Below are positions 21,083-30,455 of a DNA stretch of 64,000 bases, one piece after another. Every line of letters starts with the position of its first letter. Within the stretch, counting starts at the first letter, position 1. Position numbers and translations under genes: made by a program. This DNA is from Candidatus Roizmanbacteria bacterium RIFCSPLOWO2_01_FULL_39_19. GTDB lineage: Bacteria > Patescibacteriota > Microgenomatia > UBA1406 > HO2-37-13b. The stretch is from positions 14,275 to 78,274 of the forward strand of contig MGAM01000013.1 in the NCBI GenBank assembly GCA_001789725.1, given 5' to 3'. The notes under the pieces were generated by a model, which saw only the letters and a list, made by a program, of their open reading frames with translations, had not been told where the DNA came from and did no database searches.

Positions 21083-21580
21083 ATGACTGAAAAGAAAGTG
21101 TTCATTATTATTGGTGTTGTTGTAGTTTTACTGGTTGGTACAAGTGCCGTAATTCTTGGAAGCAGTCCAGTTCCTACAAAAATTACAACTAGCCAAAACG
21201 CCAGTATAGCAACTGCTAATACAAGTTATGACTGGGGATATATTCAATATAACAGCCCAAAAGCAATTAAAGGATTTAAAATTAAAAATAACGGCACTGA
21301 GTCTTTAAAAATAGGCAAAGTTAAAACTTCCTGTAGCTGCACCACTGCTCAAGTCATTATAGGAAATAATAAAAGCCCGTTGTTCAGTATGCATGGCGGG
21401 TCTAATTGGGTAGGTGAAGTTAAACCCGGAAAGGAGGCCTCATTGGAAATTATTTTTGATCAAACCTTTCATGGACCATCCGGCATAGGCCCTTTTGAAA
21501 GATATATAACAATTGAAACGAATGACGCAAGCAAACCTAAATTAGAGTTTTACCTTAAAGGGATCGTGGTTAAATCTTAA
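21083..21580 (+). CDS. DUF1573 domain protein
   Basis: IKNNG...KTSCSCT, HGPSGIG. Confidence 0.8.
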   Translation: MTEKKVFIIIGVVVVLLVGTSAVILGSSPVPTKITTSQNASIATANTSYDWGYIQYNSPKAIKGFKIKNNGTESLKIGKVKTSCSCTTAQVIIGNNKSPLFSMHGGSNWVGEVKPGKEASLEIIFDQTFHGPSGIGPFERYITIETNDASKPKLEFYLKGIVVKS

Positions 21581-21591
21581 AAAACCAACTA

Positions 21592-22446
21592 ATGGGTACA
21601 CCGGAAGGCATATTATTCCAGACATCTTTAATTGCAGCATATGTGGCCGGAATAGTTGCGTTGTTTGCTCCTTGCTGTGTCACATTTCTTCTTCCGGCAT
21701 ATTTAGGGAATGTTTTCAAAGAGAAAGAAAGGGTTTTGTTTATGACACTTGTTTTTGGGGCAGGTATTTTTGTGGTATTACTGCCGGCTGTTTTAGGAGT
21801 AGCTACTTTGTCCAAGTTCTTTTTTGATAATCATGACACTGTTTATTTTTTTGGCGCAATTGTCATGTTCATCACTTCGGTAGTTACTTTTTTAGGTATC
21901 AAGCTTCCAATGCCACGCTTGGGGAATGTAAACAGTCAAAAGACTGACATCTTTTCGATATTTACTCTTGGGGTTTTCTCCGGAATAACAAGTGCTTGTT
22001 GTGCCCCGGTTTTGATTGGTATTTTAACTTTGACGTTTTTGTCTCCAAACTTTTTTGGGGCGTTGTCAATTGGCGCTATGTATGTGCTTGGCATGGTAAC
22101 ACCTTTACTTCTGATATCGGTGTTTTTAGACGGAAAAATGCCCGGAGTCAAAATATTAAGAAGGTGCCTTTTTACAGTAAAAATATTTAGAAAAGAGTTT
22201 GCCGTGCTAACAAGCAATTTAATTGCTGCCGGTGTTTTTGCTTTTACCGGTTGGTTAATTTTGGTACTTACCTTGCAAGGAAAGCTTGCGATGAACTCTC
22301 AAGAGACTTTCACAAAACTGATTCAAAATTCTGCTCAAGCAATTGATGGCTATATTGGCAATAACCAGTTATTAAATATCATTTTTGTTCTTATGGTGTT
22401 TATTTTCCTTTATTGGTTAGCTGGTAAAATTAAGAAAAGGAAATAG
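21592..22446 (+). CDS. CcdA/DsbD-like TM disulfide-interchange protein
   Basis: FAPCC..LLPAY and SACCAPVL. Confidence 0.8.
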   Translation: MGTPEGILFQTSLIAAYVAGIVALFAPCCVTFLLPAYLGNVFKEKERVLFMTLVFGAGIFVVLLPAVLGVATLSKFFFDNHDTVYFFGAIVMFITSVVTFLGIKLPMPRLGNVNSQKTDIFSIFTLGVFSGITSACCAPVLIGILTLTFLSPNFFGALSIGAMYVLGMVTPLLLISVFLDGKMPGVKILRRCLFTVKIFRKEFAVLTSNLIAAGVFAFTGWLILVLTLQGKLAMNSQETFTKLIQNSAQAIDGYIGNNQLLNIIFVLMVFIFLYWLAGKIKKRK

Positions 22447-22473
22447 GGATCACCTCAAATAGTCTTAAATTAG

Positions 22474-23121
22474 TTGATGATTTTCAAAGATAGAGCTGAT
22501 GCTGGTAGACAACTTGCAAGAAGCCTTCAAAAATACAGGCGGGAAAATGCAATTATTCTGGCTTTACCCCGAGGCGGGATTGCCGTTGCCTATGAAATAG
22601 CAAAAATACTAGAACTCCCCTTGAATGTCATAATTTCCAGAAAACTTGGAAGTCCCGGCAATTCAGAGTTTGGCATCGGAGCAATATCGGAAAATCACGT
22701 CCGGGTTCTTGATAAAAAAACAATCGATTTTCTTAATATTTCAAAAAAAGAAATTAACGAGATCATAAAACAAGAAAATCTTGAGCTGCAAAGGCGAATC
22801 TACACTTATCGTCATAATCAAAAACTTCCCTCTCTCTTTAATAAGACTGCAATTCTCATTGATGACGGAGTAGCAACCGGCGTAACCGCGCAAGCTGCAA
22901 TTAAGGTGGTTTATAAGCTGCGACCTAAAAAGATCGTTTTTGCAACTCCTGTTTGCGCTCAGCAGGCTGCGGGCGTTATCAAAAATCAGGTAGATGATTT
23001 TATTTGTCTTTTCTGTCCTTATGACCTATCTGCAATTGGGGCATATTATAAAAGTTTCTTTCAGGTGACCGATGAGCAAGTTATCGAGTTTCTAAAATCT
23101 AAAATAGGGGAACTTCATTAG
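22474..23121 (+). CDS. Phosphoribosyltransferase family protein
   Basis: DRADAG, LPRGG, LIDDGVATG. Confidence 0.9.
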   Translation: MMIFKDRADAGRQLARSLQKYRRENAIILALPRGGIAVAYEIAKILELPLNVIISRKLGSPGNSEFGIGAISENHVRVLDKKTIDFLNISKKEINEIIKQENLELQRRIYTYRHNQKLPSLFNKTAILIDDGVATGVTAQAAIKVVYKLRPKKIVFATPVCAQQAAGVIKNQVDDFICLFCPYDLSAIGAYYKSFFQVTDEQVIEFLKSKIGELH

Positions 23122-23153
23122 AGATTGATAGACCGATGATATAATAACTAGAT

Positions 23154-23807
23154 ATGGATGCTGCGGTTTTAAAAAAACTGAATTCATTTTTTTCACAATA
23201 TAAACTTCGAAAATGCAAGAAAAATGAAATCCTTATTCTTTCGGGTGAAGATCCAAAGGGAATTTATTATATCAAAGATGGGTACGTCAAGATGTATGGT
23301 ATTTCTAAAAAGGGTGACGAGCTCATTTTAAATATATTCAAACCAATTTCATTTTTCCCAATGAACTGGGCAATAAATAACACTCCAAATATTTACTATT
23401 ATGAGGCAATGACACCGCTTACCTTCTGGCAGGCTCCGAAGGATAAAACACTTACTTTTATCAAAAAAAATCCCGAGATACTTTTTGACCTTCTGTCAAG
23501 AGTTTACACAGGAGTTGACGGCATCATTTCCCGAATGACATATTTGATGACAGGGAGTGCCTACGCTCGTCTTGTTGCTGAAATTATAATTTATACAAGA
23601 CGATTTGGAAAGATTTTAGATACAATTCATGACACAAGAAGATTAAAAATCACTGAGAAACAACTGGCAACTTCATCTGGCATGACGAGAGAAACAGTAA
23701 GTCGGGAAATGAAAAGGTTGAAAGATAAGAGGCTCGTTTCCTTCACTCGTAATGAACTTACGATTTTTGACACAAATAGGCTCGAGGAGGAACTTGAAAA
23801 CTATTAG
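23154..23807 (+). CDS. Crp/Fnr family transcriptional regulator
   Basis: cNMP-binding-like N-terminus; HTH with GMTRETVSR recognition helix. Confidence 0.9.
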   Translation: MDAAVLKKLNSFFSQYKLRKCKKNEILILSGEDPKGIYYIKDGYVKMYGISKKGDELILNIFKPISFFPMNWAINNTPNIYYYEAMTPLTFWQAPKDKTLTFIKKNPEILFDLLSRVYTGVDGIISRMTYLMTGSAYARLVAEIIIYTRRFGKILDTIHDTRRLKITEKQLATSSGMTRETVSREMKRLKDKRLVSFTRNELTIFDTNRLEEELENY

Positions 23808-24157
23808 TAAGTGGTTTTGGTAATAATTTCTCTAGTTGGGATTACTCTGCTCTTGTTTTTTTGACTGCTGGGCAAACCTATCGGCAACAAGTATCCTTGC
23901 CAAATACCATCGCCTACAAGAAGCTCTAAATGCATAAGATCTGTTAATTTTGGTTCATCCTTAACATCATAAAGTCGATATTTCCCTATAGACAGCACTG
24001 ATTCTGGCTTGATGTTTTTTCTGGAAAAAACAATAATACTGCTAATATTATCAATATTAATCCAAGCGAGAGTTTTTGTTCTATCAAGTGATAGAATTTT
24101 ATTTTTATCTTTTGTTTCATAAAGCACGTATCGACCGTTTTTTAAGAATGTGATCAT
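23804..24157 (-). CDS. Hypothetical protein
   Basis: ORF with internally repeated GxYxLY motif; divergent from the CRP box. Confidence 0.6.
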   Translation of the reverse strand: MITFLKNGRYVLYETKDKNKILSLDRTKTLAWINIDNISSIIVFSRKNIKPESVLSIGKYRLYDVKDEPKLTDLMHLELLVGDGIWQGYLLPIGLPSSQKNKSRVIPTREIITKTTY

Positions 24158-24190
24158 GGAAAAAGTCTACAGAGAAAGTTTATTTATTTC

Positions 24191-24206
24191 TGTGAGTGAA
24201 ATCACA
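24191..24206. promoter_or_regulatory. Perfect CRP-type box TGTGA-N6-TCACA
   Basis: TGTGAGTGAAATCACA in the divergent intergenic region before VKOR. Confidence 0.7.
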
Positions 24207-24240
24207 GTTTGTTTCCAAATTCTAAGGTATTATTGTATCA

Positions 24241-24660
24241 ATGAGTAAAGGTCGGATTTTTTTAATTGTTAAAATATTTGCAGTAATAGGACTAATTCTT
24301 TCGTCTTATCTGTTATGGCAGCAGTTTTTCCGTCCTGCATTTCAGCCATGTAACATTAACAGTTTTATCAACTGTGACGCTATTGTGTCAGGTCCAGTTG
24401 CAAAAACATTTGGGATTTCTACTCCTCTTTACGGCTTTATCGGATATATAATCATTTTGTTTGCCGTGTTTACAAGGAGGATAAGACTGCTTCTTTTTAT
24501 GGCGACATTTGGTCTGATTTTTTGCTTATGGCTTGCCTACATAGAACTTTTTGTCTTGAAAGTTATTTGTCCCATTTGTATCGGTTGCCAGCTAGTTATA
24601 GCATCCATTTTTAGCCTTGCCGTAATGATAAACCGTAACAAAGACGTTAAAAATCAATAA
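24241..24660 (+). CDS. Vitamin K epoxide reductase (VKOR) family protein
   Basis: C-x7-C loop (CNINSFINC), FGISTP, CPIC. Confidence 0.9.
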   Translation: MSKGRIFLIVKIFAVIGLILSSYLLWQQFFRPAFQPCNINSFINCDAIVSGPVAKTFGISTPLYGFIGYIIILFAVFTRRIRLLLFMATFGLIFCLWLAYIELFVLKVICPICIGCQLVIASIFSLAVMINRNKDVKNQ

Positions 24661-24664
24661 CAAT

Positions 24665-24931
24665 ATGTATAATCCAAAAGCAAAAGCCAATGCTTTAGCC
24701 ATAGTTGGGGCCTTGTTCTATATTATTTGCGCCGGTTGGGTAATGCTGTCAAAAAGCAGTTTCATAGTATTATTTTCTACATGGACACATAGTGTTGATT
24801 TAAGTGCCTTACCGTCTAAAACGCCCGACTTAATGAGTGTTTTAATTGGATTTATTACATTTACGATCGCTGTATGGATTGCCGGCTATTTATTTGCAAT
24901 ATTTTATAACTTCTTTGAGAGAGGCAAATAG
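24665..24931 (+). CDS. DUF5676-like two-TM protein
   Basis: YIICA..WTHSVD..YNFF pattern. Confidence 0.6.
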   Translation: MYNPKAKANALAIVGALFYIICAGWVMLSKSSFIVLFSTWTHSVDLSALPSKTPDLMSVLIGFITFTIAVWIAGYLFAIFYNFFERGK

Positions 24932-25010
24932 TATTGTTCAACACTCGTTTATATTATTGTATTTTTTAAGTCTTTTGTTTGCTATATAATCGTTCTGTGA
25001 TGCAAAGTAT

Positions 25011-25415
25011 TTATGTAGTACTTAAAAAATTGATAGAAAGATCGATGCAACTCACACTAAAAGCTTGTTTTTACAAAATCAGAAAGGTGACAAATTTTAT
25101 CTTATTATCTACCTCGCTTTGGAAAGAGCTGACCTAAAATCATTATCATCCATCATTAGGGAGAAAAAATTGAGTTTTGCATCGCCAGACAGTTTATTAA
25201 AATTACTGAATATCACCCCGGGTTCTGTTTCTCCTTTTGGACTTATTAATGATGAAAAACATCTGGTCTGTGTTATTGTTAGCAATAGCGTTTTAAAAGG
25301 CAAGAAAATTGGTTTTCATCCCAATATTAATACCTCAACATTAGCTATTAAAACTGGTGATTTTAAGAGGTTTCTTGAGTGAACGGGAAATTATGTCTCT
25401 TATTTAGACATTTAA
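25011..25415 (+). pseudogene. YbaK/ProX-type aminoacyl-tRNA deacylase remnant
   Basis: HTKSLFL, LSFAS, PGSVSPFGL, FHPNIN; N-terminus missing and TGA at 25380-25382 where Trp would continue TGNYVSYLDI. Confidence 0.7.
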
Positions 25416-25458
25416 TAAAGTCGAAAAAACACCCATGATTACCTGTATAATCTGATTC

Positions 25459-26076
25459 ATGGCCAATATCAATAATCCCGATGATTCCCGCTATAAACAA
25501 CTTAAACAAATTCTTGACGAAATCTTATATCTTAAAGATTCGCCTCTTTACGAGTATCGAAAGATAAACAATAACAAACCGGTTATAGGAGAAGGAACTC
25601 ATTATGCAAGCATCATGTTTGTTGGCGAAGCGCCGGGAGAAAATGAGGCCAAGCAAGGTCGTCCATTTTGTGGAGCTGCCGGCCGAATTCTTGATGAGTT
25701 GCTTGCATCAATTGGTCTAGCCCGAAATGAAGTTTACATCACCAATCTTGTTAAGGATCGCCCACCAAATAACCGCGATCCATTACCTGATGAAATTGAA
25801 CTATATTCACCATATCTTGACAGGCAGATCGAGATTATTCAACCCAAATGTATTGCGACTCTGGGTAGACATTCAATGAAATATTTAATGGAAAAATACG
25901 GACTAGGTGAAAAATTGGCATCAATAAGTGTAATCCATGGCCATAAATTTGATATAAAAATAAACAAAACAAAAACTGCTTATATTCCTCTCTATCACCC
26001 CGCCGTTGCTTTATACACTGCATCTAAGAAGAAGACGTTGATTGATGATTTTCAGGTTCTAAAAAATTTTAGCTAA
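25459..26076 (+). CDS. Uracil-DNA glycosylase, family 4
   Basis: GEAPG, GRPFCG, RPPNNRDP, YHPA. Confidence 0.92.
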   Translation: MANINNPDDSRYKQLKQILDEILYLKDSPLYEYRKINNNKPVIGEGTHYASIMFVGEAPGENEAKQGRPFCGAAGRILDELLASIGLARNEVYITNLVKDRPPNNRDPLPDEIELYSPYLDRQIEIIQPKCIATLGRHSMKYLMEKYGLGEKLASISVIHGHKFDIKINKTKTAYIPLYHPAVALYTASKKKTLIDDFQVLKNFS

Positions 26077-26702
26077 AATAAATCTGTCATCGTAGAAAGT
26101 TTCTTCAGTACTCTATCAATAGATTTTTGTGGCTTAGCAGCCAAGCCCGACTGTTTCGTGTCTACTTCATCTTCAAGTTGTTTTTTGATGTCTTGAGTGT
26201 CAACATCTTGCATCATTTTTTCAAGTTCTTCGTCTCCTTCAATTTTTATTCCCAGACGCTTCATAATGATTGCCTGCATTTGAATAAGTTTTGTTATTTC
26301 TTTTTCAGCAATCATATCAATCTGCAGATGAGTCTCCTCACGCAACTCCCCGATTTTTGCCTGACGATTTTGGCTAAGAAGCACAAAAATCGATAAAAAT
26401 ATTGCCTCAAGGGACACTATCATAGTTAGGAGTCCAAAAGGAAACGGATCAAATGGGAAAATTTCCGGTATTATATTAGTGTTTATTACAACCCAGCCAA
26501 TAAAGAAAGCCGTGTGAAATAACAAAAACGGCAAACTACCGGAAATTTCAGTAATTTCATCAGAAAACTTGTCGTAAAGAGTTCTCTTCTTATCATGCTC
26601 TTTTCTAAAACTCTCAATTTTTTCCTGATGACGGGCAAGCCTCTCTTTGTTTGATGGGAATCTAACAACAAGTTCGCCTTTTTTTCTTTGATAAAGCTTC
26701 AT
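26073..26702 (-). CDS. DUF1003 membrane protein
   Basis: FDPFPFGLL..SLEAIFLS..SQNR. Confidence 0.88.
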   Translation of the reverse strand: MKLYQRKKGELVVRFPSNKERLARHQEKIESFRKEHDKKRTLYDKFSDEITEISGSLPFLLFHTAFFIGWVVINTNIIPEIFPFDPFPFGLLTMIVSLEAIFLSIFVLLSQNRQAKIGELREETHLQIDMIAEKEITKLIQMQAIIMKRLGIKIEGDEELEKMMQDVDTQDIKKQLEDEVDTKQSGLAAKPQKSIDRVLKKLSTMTDLF

Positions 26703-26754
26703 AAAAAAATACAGACTTCTTTATCTAGTTGTACCAAAATTTGTGGTTGAGTGC

Positions 26755-26940
26755 TATAGCAACCGCAAAACAAAATGTCGGTTTTTTATACTGTCATGCT
26801 GAACTCGCTGCGCCCTTCCGTAGTCTTGTACGAAGGAGGGTTTCAGCATCCCAACAATGAGATCCTGAAATAAAACTTGTCCCGAACTTGATTCGGGATT
26901 CAGGATGACAAATTAGACAGTTTGAATTGCGCTAGCTATA
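26755..26940. mobile_element. 186-bp MITE-like repeat, copy 1
   Basis: Two mismatches versus 45966-46151; ends TATAGCAACCGCAA / TTGCGCTAGCTATA; nested hairpins. Confidence 0.8.
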
Positions 26941-26941
26941 G

Positions 26942-28765
26942 TTAAGATTTTCTTCCTTTAACCCGTCGTTGGGTTTGAGTTAGAAATTGTTTTCTTAGTC
27001 GAAGATTTTGAGGAGTGACTTCAAGGAGTTCATCATCCCCTATAAAGTCTAAATACTGCTCCAGGCTTAGTTGCGTTGCCGGCTCAAGAATATCCTTAAC
27101 TCCCTCGCCCGATGAGCGGTTATTGGTAAGCTGTTTAGCTCGACAGACATTAATTTCAATATCTCGTTCCTGAGACGCGATTCCGATGACCATGCCTTCA
27201 TAAACTTTAATGCCGGCTCCATAAAGAAGTGTCCCTCGGGTTTGGGCATTAACCAGTCCGTAGGTTAATGTCTCGCCGGTTTGCGTTGCAATGAGAGCTC
27301 CGTTTCTAACGGTAGCAGTGTCCGTCCCCACCGGCTCGTATCCTAATAAATATGTGCTTATAATTGCCGTTCCTCTAGTTCCTGTTAATAAAATTCCTCT
27401 TACCCCAATTAAATTACGGCTGGAAATTTTGTAGATTAACCTCATCCCAATGTCTCCAATAGGATGCATATTGATGATTTTTCCTTTTCTTTTTCCTATT
27501 TCATCAGACACCACGCCCGTATAAACTTTCTCAACATCAACGGTTAATTCTTCAAACGGTTCACAGTTAACTCCATTAATTTCTTTCATGATTACCTGAG
27601 GTTTAGCTATTTCCATTTCAAATCCTTCGCGTCTCATGGTTTCAATCAAAATAGCCAGGTGGAGTTCACCTCGCCCGCAGATAATAAATGAGTTTGGGTC
27701 CACACTTTCTTCAAGACGAAATCCTAGATTTGTTTCCAATTCTTTTATTAGCCGTTCTTTAATCTGTCTAGATGTTACATATGTTCCTTCTCGTCCGGCA
27801 AACGGACTGGTATTTGGCCCTATTCTTATTTTAATTGTCGGTTCTGCAACTTCAATTATGGGAAGAGGATCTAAATTATTGACATCAACTACAGTTTGAC
27901 TTATTGAAAGCTCGGGAATCCCGGCTAGTGCGATAATGTCACCGGACACCGCCTCCTCGACTTCTCTTCTTTCAAGTCCAACACTTGTATAAATTTTTGT
28001 TGCGGTGTAAGTTCCGATTAATTTTTCTTTGTCAAGAAGAGCTATTTTCATTCCTTTTGTTATTTTTCCTCTTGAAATTTTACCTATGCACAGTTTTCCA
28101 ACGTATGAGTCATAATCCAGAGTTGATATAAGCATTTGGAATGGTTTTTCAATATCAACGCTACTATTTGGAATTTCATCGACGATAGTTTCAAATAGCA
28201 CCCCGAGATCTCCAGTACTTCGCGAATATAACTCTGGCAACTGTCTAAATGCTTTTCCGTCTCTGCCAACTCCATAAAGAGTTGAGAAATTTAATGATTC
28301 TTCATTCTCGGCAAGTTCAATAAATAAATCTTCAACCTCATGTTGAACTTCCAAGGGTCGAGCATCTTTCTTATCAATTTTATTGATGAATAAAATAATT
28401 TTAAGACCAGACGCAAGTGCTTTTTTAAGAACAAATCTAGTTTGAGGAAGAGGTCCTTCAGCAGCGTCAACTAGAAGAAGAGCTCCGGAGGCCATATTAA
28501 GCACTCTCTCCACTTCACTTCCAAAGTCAGCATGTCCAGGAGTGTCAATAATATTGATTTTATCTTGCCCGTACATCACGCTGGTATTTTTGGCCAAAAT
28601 CGTGATTCCCTTCTCTTTCTCAAGGTCGCTCGAGTCCATCAGGAATGATTCTTGCATCTCCTTTTGATTTTCCCTAAAAATTGCCGATTGTTTTAAAATT
28701 GCATCAACCAACGTTGTCTTTCCATGATCAACGTGGGCAATTATTGCAATATTTCGTATATTCAT
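26942..28765 (-). CDS. typA: Translational GTPase TypA/BipA
   Basis: IAHVDHGKTT, GITILAKNT, GRGELHL, RREGFE, LEVTP. Confidence 0.95.
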   Translation of the reverse strand: MNIRNIAIIAHVDHGKTTLVDAILKQSAIFRENQKEMQESFLMDSSDLEKEKGITILAKNTSVMYGQDKINIIDTPGHADFGSEVERVLNMASGALLLVDAAEGPLPQTRFVLKKALASGLKIILFINKIDKKDARPLEVQHEVEDLFIELAENEESLNFSTLYGVGRDGKAFRQLPELYSRSTGDLGVLFETIVDEIPNSSVDIEKPFQMLISTLDYDSYVGKLCIGKISRGKITKGMKIALLDKEKLIGTYTATKIYTSVGLERREVEEAVSGDIIALAGIPELSISQTVVDVNNLDPLPIIEVAEPTIKIRIGPNTSPFAGREGTYVTSRQIKERLIKELETNLGFRLEESVDPNSFIICGRGELHLAILIETMRREGFEMEIAKPQVIMKEINGVNCEPFEELTVDVEKVYTGVVSDEIGKRKGKIINMHPIGDIGMRLIYKISSRNLIGVRGILLTGTRGTAIISTYLLGYEPVGTDTATVRNGALIATQTGETLTYGLVNAQTRGTLLYGAGIKVYEGMVIGIASQERDIEINVCRAKQLTNNRSSGEGVKDILEPATQLSLEQYLDFIGDDELLEVTPQNLRLRKQFLTQTQRRVKGRKS

Positions 28766-28915
28766 GTTTAAATATTTCAAAATGACTCATAAGTATATCA
28801 AATTATGCACAAATTACGTAAGTAGAATCGTCCTTTTAGGAAATAAAAAATAACTATTGCAAACTACCTCATTTTCAATTAGGCTGAATGTAATGAGAGA
28901 GGGGGTGACATATAG

Positions 28916-29128
28916 ATGAATATGAAAATGCTACATATGATCGCTTACCTACTCCTATGGGTAGGAGGTATCAACTGGGGTTTAATTGGACTCTTTAAAT
29001 TCAATCTTGTTGAGGCGCTCGGCTTGCCGGCAGGAATAGTAAGTCTCGTTTATATTCTTGTCGGATTATCAGCTGTATATACGCTAGCAACACACATGGG
29101 CGATTGCAAAGTGTGTTCCAAAAAATAA
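28916..29128 (+). CDS. DUF378 small membrane protein
   Basis: VGGINWGLIGLF..NLV..VYILVG. Confidence 0.85.
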   Translation: MNMKMLHMIAYLLLWVGGINWGLIGLFKFNLVEALGLPAGIVSLVYILVGLSAVYTLATHMGDCKVCSKK

Positions 29129-29204
29129 TTTAGATTGTTATAGCAGTACCTAAACCTGGTTTATAAGACCGGATGTTGTTTACTCGACAAAATTTCAAAT
29201 TATT

Positions 29205-30455
29205 ATGATTATTGCTGCCGTAAAAGGTCTACAGATTATTGATTCTCGAGGTAACCCTACCGTGAAGGCATATATAACTTTAAATGATGGATCGGTTCAT
29301 TCTTCCTCTGTGCCGTCTGGAGCATCGATTGGCGTCCACGAAGCAAAAGAGCTTCGTGATCTTGACCCGAAGCATTTCTTTGGCCAAGGCGTCAGACATG
29401 CCATTGAAAATATTGAAACTCACATAAGAAAAGCAATTATTGGTAAACGTATTGATTCGCCTAGAATGATTGATGAGGTCATGCTTCGTCTTGATCATAC
29501 TTCGAATAAATCGGTAATCGGCGCCAACTCTATGCTCGCTGTTTCCCAAGCCATGCTTAAAGCAGCAGCTTTCGCCTCAAACATTCCTCTTTGGAAGTAT
29601 ATTAACGACTATTATTTCCCGCAAGTTCAACCATCATATCCAAGATTATTTATTAATGTTATAAATGGAGGTAGGCATGCTAACTGGAGTTTTGACATTC
29701 AGGAATTTGTTATAGCTCCAAAAAAAAATATTCCATCGGTATCTGTAAGAGTTGGAGTTGAAATTTTTCAATCAATAAAACGTGAACTTATAAAAAGAAA
29801 ATTGTCCATACTTGTTGGCGATGAAGGTGGCGAGTCGCCTCAACTCGAATCAAATGAAGAAGTTTTTGAATTAATAAGAAAATCAGCTCTTTCTGTCAAT
29901 TACACCCTTGGTGTAGATTATGACTTTGGTATTGATTCTGCTGCAAGCCAATTATTTCAGGATGGCAGATATTTTTTTAAGAAAGACAATATAAAATTAT
30001 CTTCAGAAGGATTAATCGAGAGGTACAAAAAATATATTGATGATTTTCATATCAGCTTTTTCGAAGACCCGTTTGCCGAGGATGATTGGGAAGCATTTGT
30101 TATGTTTACAAAAATATCGGAAAACAAATATGTAGTTATTGGTGACGATCTTTTTGCAACCAATATTGAAAGGATAGAAAAGGGCATAAAAATAAACGCA
30201 GCAGGAGGCATTATTATTAAACCCAACCAAATCGGAACAATTTTAGAAACTGTCGAGGCGATAAAACTGGCAAAAAGCGCCGGCTGGGTAGTAATTATTT
30301 CCCATCGTTCAGGGGATACGGAGGACACGTTTATCGCTGATTTGGCTTACGGATGTGGAGCGGATTTTATAAAAACAGGATCAATGTCTCGATCTGAACG
30401 GCTAGCTAAATACAATCGACTACTTGAAATTGAATTTTTCGAGAGTGGGGTTTAA
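29205..30455 (+). CDS. eno: Enolase
   Basis: IDSRGNPTV, VPSGAS, GDEGG, KPNQIG, SHRSG, ERLAKYN. Confidence 0.95.
   Translation: MIIAAVKGLQIIDSRGNPTVKAYITLNDGSVHSSSVPSGASIGVHEAKELRDLDPKHFFGQGVRHAIENIETHIRKAIIGKRIDSPRMIDEVMLRLDHTSNKSVIGANSMLAVSQAMLKAAAFASNIPLWKYINDYYFPQVQPSYPRLFINVINGGRHANWSFDIQEFVIAPKKNIPSVSVRVGVEIFQSIKRELIKRKLSILVGDEGGESPQLESNEEVFELIRKSALSVNYTLGVDYDFGIDSAASQLFQDGRYFFKKDNIKLSSEGLIERYKKYIDDFHISFFEDPFAEDDWEAFVMFTKISENKYVVIGDDLFATNIERIEKGIKINAAGGIIIKPNQIGTILETVEAIKLAKSAGWVVIISHRSGDTEDTFIADLAYGCGADFIKTGSMSRSERLAKYNRLLEIEFFESGV

Noticed and set aside
25380-25382. TGA recoding (genetic code 4 or 25) suggested by the in-frame TGA in the YbaK-like gene
   Set aside because: Intact genes (infB, nusA, def) end at TGA, and this gene is also N-terminally broken; a simple TGG-to-TGA nonsense change fits
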